The translations under genes and the position numbers were made by a program. From contig CM102286.1 in NCBI GenBank assembly GCA_046563655.1, positions 6,324,001-6,388,000 on the forward strand: a DNA stretch of 64,000 nt, in the 5' to 3' direction. Under the pieces are notes generated by a model. It ran no database searches, had not been told where the DNA came from, and saw nothing but the letters and a program-made list of their open reading frames with translations. Shown here piece after piece: positions 14,056 through 24,758 of this stretch; the stretch's first letter is position 1; the number at the start of each line of letters is the position of its first letter. Origin of the DNA: Yuukianura sp. NJ FZ-2021. Its lineage: Eukaryota.

Positions 14056-16988
14056 TTTTCTCTCAATGTTTACCGTTACGTGGTCGTATTTCCTACAAAT
14101 CTGGATATGATTGATTACACCAGGAAACGCACAAATTTTACAACTCAACAAAGTTTACAACATTACAACGCTTAACGAAGTGAATGTTGTATATATTTTC
14201 TTCTATTCAATGTAATGTGTGTATACAGCTTTATTTTCTTGTTTCTAGAGATGAAGAAGAAGAATGTTGTGAGATTTGATTCTGTAAAATTTATATAACT
14301 CTGACGTTTTAATTTCGGAATTTCAAAAAAAAAATATTCAGAAAAACATAGAGTTGAAAAATTATAAATTTTTTGTACAACCTTAAACCTCATTTTTGAA
14401 ACCTAACTACAATTACGTAACGGCGTACTGTGTTGTGACTAACCACGGTAAAATTTTAGCCGAAACGTTATAAAATTGTGGTAAAGAAGTTTTTGTTTGT
14501 GAATTTAAACCGTGCTTGCCTTAACATGTATTATTTAGTCGTTGAATTGGCAAAAGTACAAGTCACGCGCATGTGTCAGTGTCAAGCTTGGGTACAAAGA
14601 TGATTGACAGGCGACCAGTTAGGTTAGTTATGTTAAGCGTAAAAGCGAACTGAAATTTTTTCTGCTTACCGTCAACAGAATCTAGAGCTCCATTACTCAT
14701 TGACAAACCAAAACAAAAGTTATTGTTTTGTTTGTCAAATCCAAAAAGTTGTAAGCATGTTTTTTTTTCAAAAATAAACTTTAACTTTGAAACTGAAATT
14801 GGCAACTGGAATTTTCGCTAGCACATATGTAGTTACTCGTCACTTAAAAATGTGAGTACTTTTTCTACAGAAGAAATTTATAAATAATTATTTCCGCTTG
14901 AAGAACATCTCTGTGCTTGAAATTTCACTGTCACATGTAATCCACTTAACAAATTTAATGTGCAAAAACTTTCACTAGCGGAATGCTCCAATGCTTCCAA
15001 GTTTCAAGTCGTAGGCAAAGTTTACTAATCGTATGTGTATTATGTTACGCCTAGTTTTCACTGTATAGTAGGTCACCTTGAGTATGTTCTGGAAGAAGCA
15101 CTATTGACTTCGTTCCACAAATAATTCGTGGAACGCCGCTGAATATAATTACTCCACCGACTAAAAAACTTTTGGAACAACCGTGGCGTATCTCCATGTG
15201 CCAATTTGCACATCCGTTCTCCTTTTGCCAATTTTTAGCAATTAATGGAACTCGGAACTCTCTGGACACAAAGCATAAATTCCGTGATTAGAGCCGAAAA
15301 ACTTTCATTTCACACCGGAAGTGAAGAGCATAGGGGTATTCCAATGCTCAAAACTTTTGAATTTTTAAAATCACTTTAAAGAATTCACAATTTTTAAAAC
15401 TTGAATTTTTTCTTCGTAAATGCTATTGTTCAGAACGTGTTCCGAATAGTTCCGTGTGTAGTCCCCGTTAAACGGACTTGATCACTGGTTCCATTGTGAT
15501 GCAACCAAGGCAACTACGGATCTCCACCACCACCATAACCATAGCACTAGTCTCTTGGTTTCAAAATATGTTGGAGCCCACGCAAAAACCTTCCAAGTCG
15601 TTTCTTGAAAAGTCCTATGTAATTATTGGGCATGGCCCTATGCCTTCTTCCTTCAAAGCAACTTTTTTGAAAGCATAAGCCCAAGAGCGAGTCTCCTAAG
15701 GAAGAAAAAATGTTGGTCGTGAGGAATTTGCCCTCGAGTGGGTAAGATGAAGCATCTTGGGAGCAGTTGGGTTTGGATGGATTCCTCAGTAACTTCTTCG
15801 GTTGGAGAGCTGGGCCATTGTTGTAGTTGTATGCTCGTCTGAACAGCATCCCACCACCAGTTGAACAATGCTTTCAGATCCACCACTACTATTCATCCTG
15901 TGGATCTGTTCCTCTAGGCCCTTAAGACCAAAAATCCTGTCCAATTTCCACATACCAACCGAAACCCCCTTGCCCTTACCCCTCCCTACCTTAGAGTAGA
16001 CACACACATGTCCCACACATCCAAGCAACATTCTGCATTCTTCAGAGATCACTTACGGACTTACACTAGAAAATATAAAAGCCTAACAGAACTTACAGAC
16101 TATGCAGTACAGATGAATAAGGATCTTCAGAATGCTGTCAGTGGAATGCGATCCATCTTATGTCACCAGCATTAGGAGCAGAAAGCATTTACAACATGGT
16201 CCGTTTTTAAAGCAGTTTTTATGCCAACTTTAAGTGTCACCAGACTGCATTAGGTTAATTGGGAATTGAAAATCTTTCCGCACATAAAATTGGAAACTGT
16301 TTCTAGTGTCTTTTAGTACAATTTTAGCCATTTTAGTATTTTATAATGCCTGTTTTAATCAGCGATTTGTAAATAGGAAACAGTTTGGGAGTAGGATTAG
16401 TTACTGCCGACATTTAAAGCTTTCTTAAACACTGTAGTTATCCAAATTAACGCTTGTTAATGGGTATGTAATAATTTATGAAAATCCCAATCGTTTTTTT
16501 GAACAATTTGTTTAGTTAAGTTTTGACGTGACGTCTCATCCCCATTAGCTTGCTATTGCTTTCACCTTGGCCCTAGCTTTCACCGACGCCTTCGTGAGTG
16601 TGTCTTATGGACATGGGCATCGAAACTAACTAAAAAAAATTTTAATTCCAGTTTTGAAAAACTTACTCAAACTTGTATAAAATCGTAGTGTCTTATAAAT
16701 TAAATGATAAATTGTAATTAAATGTGTTAGTAAAAAAGAACTTACAGTTTTGGTTTATGTGCCATCTACATTCAATTTAGTGCAATTTGACACGTGTATA
16801 GTCGTATTCTACCGGCTGTTTTTTATCTATAGCTTTTTACAGTAACTTCTGAAGTGTATTGGATAAGTTGAAGACTTCCACTTGAAGTGGACGCCTTTCT
16901 GGAGAATCTCGTTCTTTTGACTTTTGACTCTCGTTGGAGTTGGTAACCAGCTTGACCCAGTCACCCAGTATTTCAGAAATTAACTAAA

Positions 16989-17724
16989 ATGGCCGATCAA
17001 CAACGTGAAAGGACCTTCATCATGGTCAAGCCTGACGGAGTCCAGCGAGGACTTGTTGGTAAAAGAAAATAATTGATTTACGAACTTGCGTTTTGTATAA
17101 ATTAAAGTTTACATTTTTGAATTTCAACAGGCGAGGTCATCAAGCGCTTCGAGCAGAAAGGATTTAAGCTCATCGCTATTAAGTACCAATGGGTAAGAGA
17201 CACCAAAATTTTAAGCCGATGGCTGGCATGATTTTCGCACGATTGGATACTGGAATGTGGATTGTAATTTTCAATCTTGATTCCTAGGCCGGAGAAAGTC
17301 TGTTGAAGAAGCATTATGAAGACTTGTCATCCAAGCCATTCTTCGGAGGATTGATCAAGTACATGAGCTCTGGACCAGTCGTTCCAATGGTACAGTTTTT
17401 TATTATTCCACTGGAATCATATTTCTGGAATCTGCTGGAGTTCATGTTCAACTCTACGACATACTGTAAACGCATCTTGTGTGTTGTCTTTAGGTCTGGG
17501 AAGGAACCAATGTTGTCAAGACAGGCCGCTTCATGCTCGGTGAGACCAACCCAGCCCAGTCCGCACCAGGAACGATCCGTGGAGACTACTGTATTGAAGT
17601 CGGACGTAACATCATCCACGGTTCTGACTCGGTTGAGTCTGCCAACAAGGAGATTTCTCTGTGGTTCAAGCCAGAAGAATTGATCAAATGGAAGAGCAAC
17701 GAAGATCCATGGCTGTACGAATAA
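16989..17724 (+). CDS. awd: Nucleoside diphosphate kinase (NME/awd), 154 aa
   Basis: Exons 16989-17058, 17131-17192, 17288-17389, 17494-17724. Motifs [25 protein letters not shown] and catalytic RNIIHGSDS. Confidence 0.97.
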
Positions 17725-18068
17725 GCTTCCAATTGTCAGTTCCGTCTTCCATCTGTTTACCAATTCCAGCTAGATATCTTCTAAAAATGACAAACATGAT
17801 ATTAGATACATTCAAAATAAAACTTCTCTAGAGAATAACTGTTGAAACTCACATTATTGACAATCGCTGAGATTGTTATTAAAGAAACGTCGCTTCTCCA
17901 GCGCAGCCTCTTACGAAGAAAAAAAAACGGCGATGTCTCGCTGAACAAATTTCGGGCACCGGGTAAAAGTATTTTATAGTAAGTAAAAACAATGAATTTC
18001 AGATTTTTTAATTTAAAAAAAATTCAAATCTCTTGTCATGTTCTCTTGTTAAAATACTCTACAAACTA

Positions 18069-19396
18069 CTAATCGTAACTTTCGGGTGTAATATGACACT
18101 CGAAGAAATCAGTTCCAGCCGCAACTGCTTTAGGCAACATGGATCTGCAAAAAGAAAAAAGTTAATTGATTTGGCAGCTGAATTCTGAAATTATAAAATG
18201 TTAATTGAATGTCAACTAACTTGGCCATTATTCCAACCCACTGAATTGTAGACGGGATGTAAACGTTCTCATAGTTTCTCTGGATTCCTTCAATCAGTCT
18301 GCTCGCCACCAAAGTTGGTTCCACTATTGGAAAAATGGTGGGAAACCTGAATTCACCGGAACAAAGCATAAACTAAAAATGGTTCTCTTTATAGCTGTTA
18401 AGGTACTGTAGTTCGCTTCAAAATACTCGTATAAAATTTTTTACCTTGAACTACACTTGATATTTTCGATAAGTCTTGTTTTGCATGAGAAAGGATAGAC
18501 AGTCGTGAAGCGAATGTTTGTGGGTTGTAGTGGATGATGTCGCAGTTCTTCTTTGAGAGAGTCCACAAATCCACAAACGGCGTGTTTCGAAGCGCAGTAT
18601 GGGACCAGATTTCTATAAAATGAGTAGGTCAGAGGTCAAGTTAAAATGAAATTGTGAATACAATGAGTACCTTGTCGGAATCATTCCAGCGGCTGAGGCG
18701 ACAGTGACAATGTGGCCTTTGTTACGCTTGATCATCCCCGGGAGAAATTGACGCAGGATCCAGAAGTGTGAGAACACGTTGACTTGAAACGTGCGTTCAA
18801 TTTCGCGTGGATTGTGATACAAAAACTCGTGACATGGCATAATCCCTGCATTGTTGATGACCATCGTCACCTCTCCCACCTCACGTTCGACTCTCTTCGC
18901 CAAAACTTCCACAGCAGCGCGATCCGCGATGTCGATTTCATAGGCATAGGCGCTGGTTCCCAAAAACTTTAAATCCTCCAATAACTTTTCGTTCCTCTCC
19001 TTGTCAATGTCCCACAGTATAAGCTTGGCTCCAGTTGACGCTAACTTGATGCTTACTTCTCGTCCGATTCCATTGGCGGATCCCGTGACCTGAGAAAACA
19101 AAAGGTCAAGTTACTCGCGGAGATGGAACACGCAAATTACTAACGTCAGAAGTTCAAATGGTTAAGTGGTAATCAATTGGACTCACAAGAATGATTTCCT
19201 TGTGGAGAGATTTGAGGGGGACCGGAAAGAACAATCGGTAAATGAACTCAATGTATACGCCGATGGTCGTTAGAACAAGGACGAGAACTTCCCATCCGAA
19301 GGCCAAGTACATTTCCAGCCGCTCAAACAGTTTTGACCTTTCTGTCTGCCCATTTCTCGTAAGTTCTTCTGTTTCGGATGATTTCATTTCACACAT
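18069..19396 (-). CDS. Short-chain dehydrogenase/reductase, SDR16C family (RDH10/HSD17B11-like)
   Basis: Exons 19396-19187, 19089-18671, 18612-18445, 18346-18221, 18144-18069. N-terminal hydrophobic anchor, VTGSANGIG cofactor motif, NNAG and catalytic YCASK. The start could instead be the ATG at 19387. Confidence 0.9.
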
Positions 19397-19746
19397 TACG
19401 AAACTCTCTGTAATTGTCAACTTGTAAGAAATCTGCAATATAAAGACAGCTTGTTCCCCAAAAGACAAATAACCTAGCTTACCTTACCAGTCGAAAAAGT
19501 TGAATGTTCACAAAGAAAGGTCACTTCTTATGATCTCAGAGCTTTCACATCTTCAGATACTCCCAAAATAAAACGCATCTCCTTCTCGTCTTGTTTTGTT
19601 GGCTGCCCCTAGGCGTAGTTGCCTGAGAGACGAACAAGAAAAAAACAAATTAGGAAAAGATTTCACAAAAATAAAAGCTCTCCAAGTTTATTCAAACCAA
19701 ATAAGAAATTAATACTTCTCTAAAAATATTCTAAACAACGCTGTCG

Positions 19747-21338
19747 CTACTTGATATTTGGTAGGTACAGTGGCGAAGTGTCAATGGGTTCTGCTTCAAC
19801 TCTGATACTTTTAGAGAATCGATTAGAGATGCTGGGGTCAAATTGAAAAACAAACACAAAATCTTCTGCTCCTCCAATAGTTTTCTTCACTTCAGTCAGA
19901 AACGTTTCCAAAAACTTAAAACAGACGTTCGACGACCACTCCTGTAAGAAATATGAATTAATTTTCGCAATCACAAGTTAAAAATCTGCCTCGCCACGCT
20001 GCACAGAAATTAAAAATCAAAACTTACGAGTCGCAAGTCCGACAGTTCTTTGACAGGAAAAACCCGCAACTCTTGTACCACACCGTCATCGTTCCGTAGC
20101 CCCGCAATGACGTGTGAAATTCCAACCGCATAAGACTGGCAAAACCATTTTCGCAAATTGAATCTGTCAAACAATAAAAGGGAAAGAGTTAACTCTTTCC
20201 TTGTTAACGGAGCTGGCTAGCTTTCAATTCCGTTTCCTCACTTGCGGAAGTTTCGTGTCATTTCTCCGCGTGGGAATAAACGAGTTGTTTTCAATTCCAC
20301 TAAATTGCATTTCTTCAACAGATCCTTGTCGACCTTGGGATTCATATCAGTAGCATCCGGAGGAAGCCAAACTGAATAAAAAGAGAGTGTTGCGTTGATT
20401 TATTCACGCCAAAGTGCAACGTTAAGAAAATTCAGAGTATAACTCCTTACCTCCGTCAATTTCAGCAGCGTAGAGAAGGATGTGCGATCCAAGTTTGGTA
20501 TGAAAGACAAAATTGCATTCGTTCTTCTCAATGTTGGAATCATTCGGAGTGGGAAGAGATGATGGAGACTCTGGGATTTGGAACCATAATGAAATAATCC
20601 TAACCAGTTGAGTAATTCCGAACGTAAACTAACCGGATAGTAGAAAATGTTCAAAGTTGTATCCCCATGAAGTCATTTGGCGTGACCTAGGGTCATTGTG
20701 TTGCCTTAAACGATCCTCAATTGATTCTGCTGTATCTATATTCCGGAGGTAGATTGTTCCATCTTTCAGCATTGCCCCAATTTTCCATCCATCCCGGCCT
20801 TCGTAGGGTGTACCCAAAATTTTTGTCATAAGTCCACGGTAAAACACGAAATGCGGTTTCCTGTAAAAAAAAATCAGTAGAAAGTAACAGTTGTACTGCA
20901 GTGGCGCAACACAATTCGCTTTTCCATATATAAACGTTTTCGCTACCTCTGCATGAACGTTTCTTGTTGGGTATGGATCCAATGTAACAGATGCACCAAT
21001 TCGTTAGTTTCTTTGTGCATCTCTTCGACGTCTTTAGCGGCAGCAGCTTGACCATCATGACTGAGACTCTCCTTGGAATTGAGTTTATCCAAATCAAAAT
21101 TAGCGTTTTGGATATTCGATGGTAGCTGAAGAAATTTTAGATGATGAGGGCCATGGATGTACTTCCGTTTGGAATCGAGTGAGAAACAATCGATGATTTC
21201 TGGCTTGCTAAATGCGGGGAAATGAGTATCTTCCGGTGGGACTTTCAAAGAAATTATCGTTGACGACGAATGGCTTGGTATTGGTGGAGTTCCATATTCT
21301 TCGCGTTTGTCCAATCGTTGTTTTTTTGATCGATTCAT
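19747..21338 (-). CDS. DXO: Decapping and exoribonuclease DXO/Dom3Z (Rai1 family)
   Basis: Spliced exons give FYRGLMTKILGTPYE, GYNFEHF, AEIDG, VELKT and KWFCQSYAVGISHVIAGLRNDDG. First ATG at 21338 (the ORF-track start at 21344 is GTG); TAG at 19747-19749. Confidence 0.9.
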
Positions 21339-22738
21339 TGCCACTCTTTCGGAAGACTTATGTAGTTTAGTTTAAACCGGAAACAATAGATCCAGCATCA
21401 GCATCTACAGCAATACATTCTTTTTTAATTTGTCAAACTATAAAATAAATATGGTAAAATAAATATGAAATAAAATAAATACCTCACTGCACTGTTATTG
21501 TTTTGCTCCGGAATGCGCAACAGTAGAGAAGCGGAGAAGACAAGTTAAATTAAACATGTACGTGCATGAAAAGTAACAAATTAAATTAATTTCATAGTAA
21601 TTTTTGTGTTACAAAAACTTCATTACCAATTCATTTAGTACCGGTACATTTTTCTTATATTACCGCGCTAACGTCGCGTACCTCTGTTTCGCGCGCCATA
21701 ACTGCTGCTTCTGAATGAATTTTTTTTAGTGTCCGCCTACAGTTTACGTTTACATCTTGCTTTTCTCCTTACCACTTATGGACATCGGATTGATAAATAC
21801 GTTAACAAATCAACATTACCGAATGCACCGGTACATCAATGACATGAAAAGCTTAGAGTTGTGCTAAACTAAGGTTTTATGAAATGAATTACGTTAATAT
21901 TGTAATTGGCAGAGCTTGGAATTAAGTTCAGTTTTAATTGTTGTGACGAACGCCCGGCCATGTTGAGAACGAGGGTGAAATGCGTATGGCGTTTGTAGTG
22001 TCAAAGATACCGTTATTGCGCTGTTGGCATTGATTTTGTTGTTTACCTTCACTATTTTACCGTTACCCACTGTGGCACTTTCGCAGCCTGGCGCGACCGA
22101 GTCGCAAATCGAAAAGTCGCTCCCCGGGGCGACTAGTCGCAGCTGACAGCGACCTGGTCGCAGCCAGGTTAGGAAAAGTCGCAAGTGGAAGCGACTTTGT
22201 AGTTTTTCGCGTTTAGGACGTATTTCCCACCGGTGAAAGTTTGAGTTTTTTAATTTAATCGAAAGAAAATTACTTTTTTTAAATTTTCACCGTGGGGTTT
22301 CTTGCCCTTCGGACCGGTTACGAAGTTATTCAAAAAACCGTTTTCAAACCCCAAATTCTCGCTGTTTGAGGCATTTATTTTTCATAAGCAGGGTACCACG
22401 ATTTAGGAAATTTTGTCTAGTTTTTTAATCAGTAATTTATATTTCGATTGCTTAAGCAGTTTCCGAGATATTTTCAAAAAAGTGATGAGAAGTCGAGCAG
22501 GTCGCCCTAAGGGTAGGCCGGGCCGCAGCCTGGTGCGACCCGAGAATTAAAACCAGGGCACAAGTCGGCAACGTTGCAATGCATTAATTTCTCATTATAA
22601 CCTGAATTAATCCAATGTTCAAATAAATGAAATAATTCATATGAAACAAATTCCTTAAAATTTAATTGAAATATTATTTTAGATTAGCTTTTAACACGAC
22701 ATGTTCATGTTACCCTTACTATCTTTGGTATGTTACAG

Positions 22739-22914
22739 CAGTGCACGTAGTTCGTATAATTCGTATATATAACGTATATACGTGGTATAATGCCCGTACT
22801 TTTCAGAATGCCCCAATGCTAAATACATTCAGTATGTAAAATACGTATTATACAATTATACGCATAATACGGTAGAATACTGTATTCCAAAAATACAGTA
22901 TTTTACGTGCCCTG
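22739..22914. mobile_element. hAT-type MITE, 176 bp, nested
   Basis: TIRs CAGTGCACGTA and TACGTGCCCTG; 8-bp flanks TGTTACAG and TGTTAAAG (7/8 match). Confidence 0.75.
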
Positions 22915-23236
22915 TGTTAAAGTATTAGTTCAACCTCACAAATTAAGAATTTTAATATCAAAACCTTTTTACGGGTAATTTTAGATTAAATAGACAATTT
23001 TGATATTTTAACCAAATTTTTGTTAAAACAAAAAAGAACATGTTTAAACCAAGAACCAGGTTTCTTTTGTTTTTTTTTAATTAAAAACCGAAAACCAAAC
23101 AACCCTGTGCCCACTGTATTCCATGACCATTGGTTCTGTTTTTGTCTTTCAAAAGGATCATCATGGCTGACGTGCTTCGTCATTTCGTTAAGATTTATTT
23201 TATTAAGTATCGTCAGATACTTATAGGGATCGTAAT

Positions 23237-23240
23237 GTCC

Positions 23241-23283
<43 letters not shown>

Positions 23284-23290
23284 CGTCCGT
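23237..23290 (+). repeat. (GTCT/GTCC)n microsatellite
   Basis: Directly visible tetranucleotide array of about 13 units inside the HINE-like element. Confidence 0.95.
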
Positions 23291-23306
23291 ATACTAGCCA
23301 CAATAT

Positions 23307-23870
23307 CTCTGGAACCGCTGGACCGATTTTCAATCTGTCTTTACAGATAAACTTGACATTGTCCAGGGATGATTAATCGGTGTCCAGCTTGACCGGAAGT
23401 TGTCCAGGTTCGGGTCAAAGGTCAAGGTCAAGTACATTTTTGACGGAAATCGGGAAAGTTACCCTTATAAAAGTTGTCGGTCTCATCGAGACGAACAACT
23501 TTTGTATAGGTGACCTTGACCTCTGACCCGGGGTTCTGGAGATATAGGCCGTAGAAGTTGCATTATGGCGAGGCTCATGCAATTCGCGTCTATAACTCCA
23601 GAACCACTGGACCGATTTTCAATCTGTCTTCGCGGTTGCGGTTCACATGTACCAGGGGTGTATAATCAGTGTCCAGCTTGACCGGAAGTTGTCCAGGTCC
23701 GGGCCAAAGGTCAAGGTCAAGTACTCTATTGACGGAAATCGGAAAAATTACCTCTACAAAAGTTGTGTATCCCATTGTGCTGAACAACTTTTGTAAAGAT
23801 GACCTTGAGCTTTGATCTACGTTTCCAGAGATACAGACGATAGAAGTTGAAAAATGGCGTCCCTCGTCCT
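23307..23870 (+). repeat. Two diverged ~289-bp tandem units
   Basis: GAACCRCTGGACCGATTTTCAATCTGTCT starts at 23312 and 23601. GTCCAGCTTGACCGGAAGTTGTCCAGGT and AAGGTCAAGGTCAAGTAC recur at the same offset. Confidence 0.85.
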
Positions 23871-24299
23871 AGTCGGGGAAGCATGACCTACTTTATATGT
23901 TTTCTCCCGAGTCTGGCTGTCTGTCTGTTTGTCCGTCTGCACAATAGTGTCAAAGGTCAAGGTTATGCTTTCTTTACAATACGGAAACGGATGGACAGAC
24001 CCGGAAGCGGTTTGCGGGGATCCGATTTTGATCACCTCGAGTGACCTCTAACAGGGTCAAGGCTCACGGTCCTCGTTTTTTTCTACAATTCGGAAACGAA
24101 TGGACCGATGCGGAAATGGTTTCCGGGGACGGATGTTTGACGACGCGAGGACTAAAATTCCGAATGTTGTTTGACCTCAATTGACCTCTAACCATATCAG
24201 AGGTCTAGTCAACAATATCCTGCGCGGGAACTTTCTATAACTGATCTGACGATACTTATTTACATCGTCTTTGCAAGAAGTTTATTATAAATAATTTAT

Positions 24300-24348
24300 A
24301 CGGATTTTTATCACAAGAATAATTATTATTCTTGTGATAAAAATCCGT
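24300..24348. repeat. Perfect 49-bp palindrome (24-bp arms, 1-nt spacer)
   Basis: ACGGATTTTTATCACAAGAATAAT-T-ATTATTCTTGTGATAAAAATCCGT. Confidence 0.95.
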
Positions 24349-24758
24349 TTGGAAATTGTATTTACGAAAAAATAAAAACGTGATTTTAACCAGTATATAA
24401 TGTATAAAATAGTGCTTGAATGTAAAACTGCATAGTAAATATAGGCAACAGCGCTTTTCAAAAAAATTTGCGACCGGTCGCTTCCAGTAGCGACTTTCCG
24501 TGCTTTGGTAACAAAATCAACAGATGGCTCTCGCAAGCGGTCGCTCCTGGAAGCGTTTTAGTCGCAGCCTCGAGCGACCCAGGGTCGCTCCCAGATGCGA
24601 TTTGGTCGCTCCAGCAAGCGAAAGTGCCACACTGTTACCCGTGATTTTTGCTGACTGCAGGATAAGTAGTTGTCGAACGTTTTTCTTCAATGCCAACAGT
24701 GTTGCAGAGGTCACAGAGGCTAATTTACGCACTGGTTAATTATCAAGCAATATTCACA

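Larger units (their letters stand above)
23204..24283 (+). mobile_element. DINE-1/HINE-like (Helentron-associated) non-autonomous element, nested
   Basis: 15-bp subterminal inverted repeats TAAGTATCGTCAGAT (23204-23218) and ATCTGACGATACTTA (24244-24258). 5' hairpin TAAGTATC-GTCA-GATACTTA, a GTCY microsatellite, internal ~289-bp tandem repeats, a degenerate 3' stem-loop, T-rich flanks and no TSD. The right boundary is approximate. Confidence 0.72.
22068..24634. mobile_element. Non-autonomous DNA transposon, Transib-like (CAC end, 5-bp TSD), hosting nested elements
   Basis: Imperfect 39-bp TIRs at 22068-22106 and 24596-24634 (32/39 identical; CACTGTGGCACTTTCGC versus CAGTGTGGCACTTTCGC). Flanked by TTACC at 22063-22067 and 24635-24639. 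Subterminal GCGAC/GTCGC repeats at both ends. No transposase ORF. Confidence 0.75.

Noticed and set aside
22986..23333. 115-aa ORF with TDRQ repeats
   Set aside because: It is the antisense translation of the (GTCT)n microsatellite.
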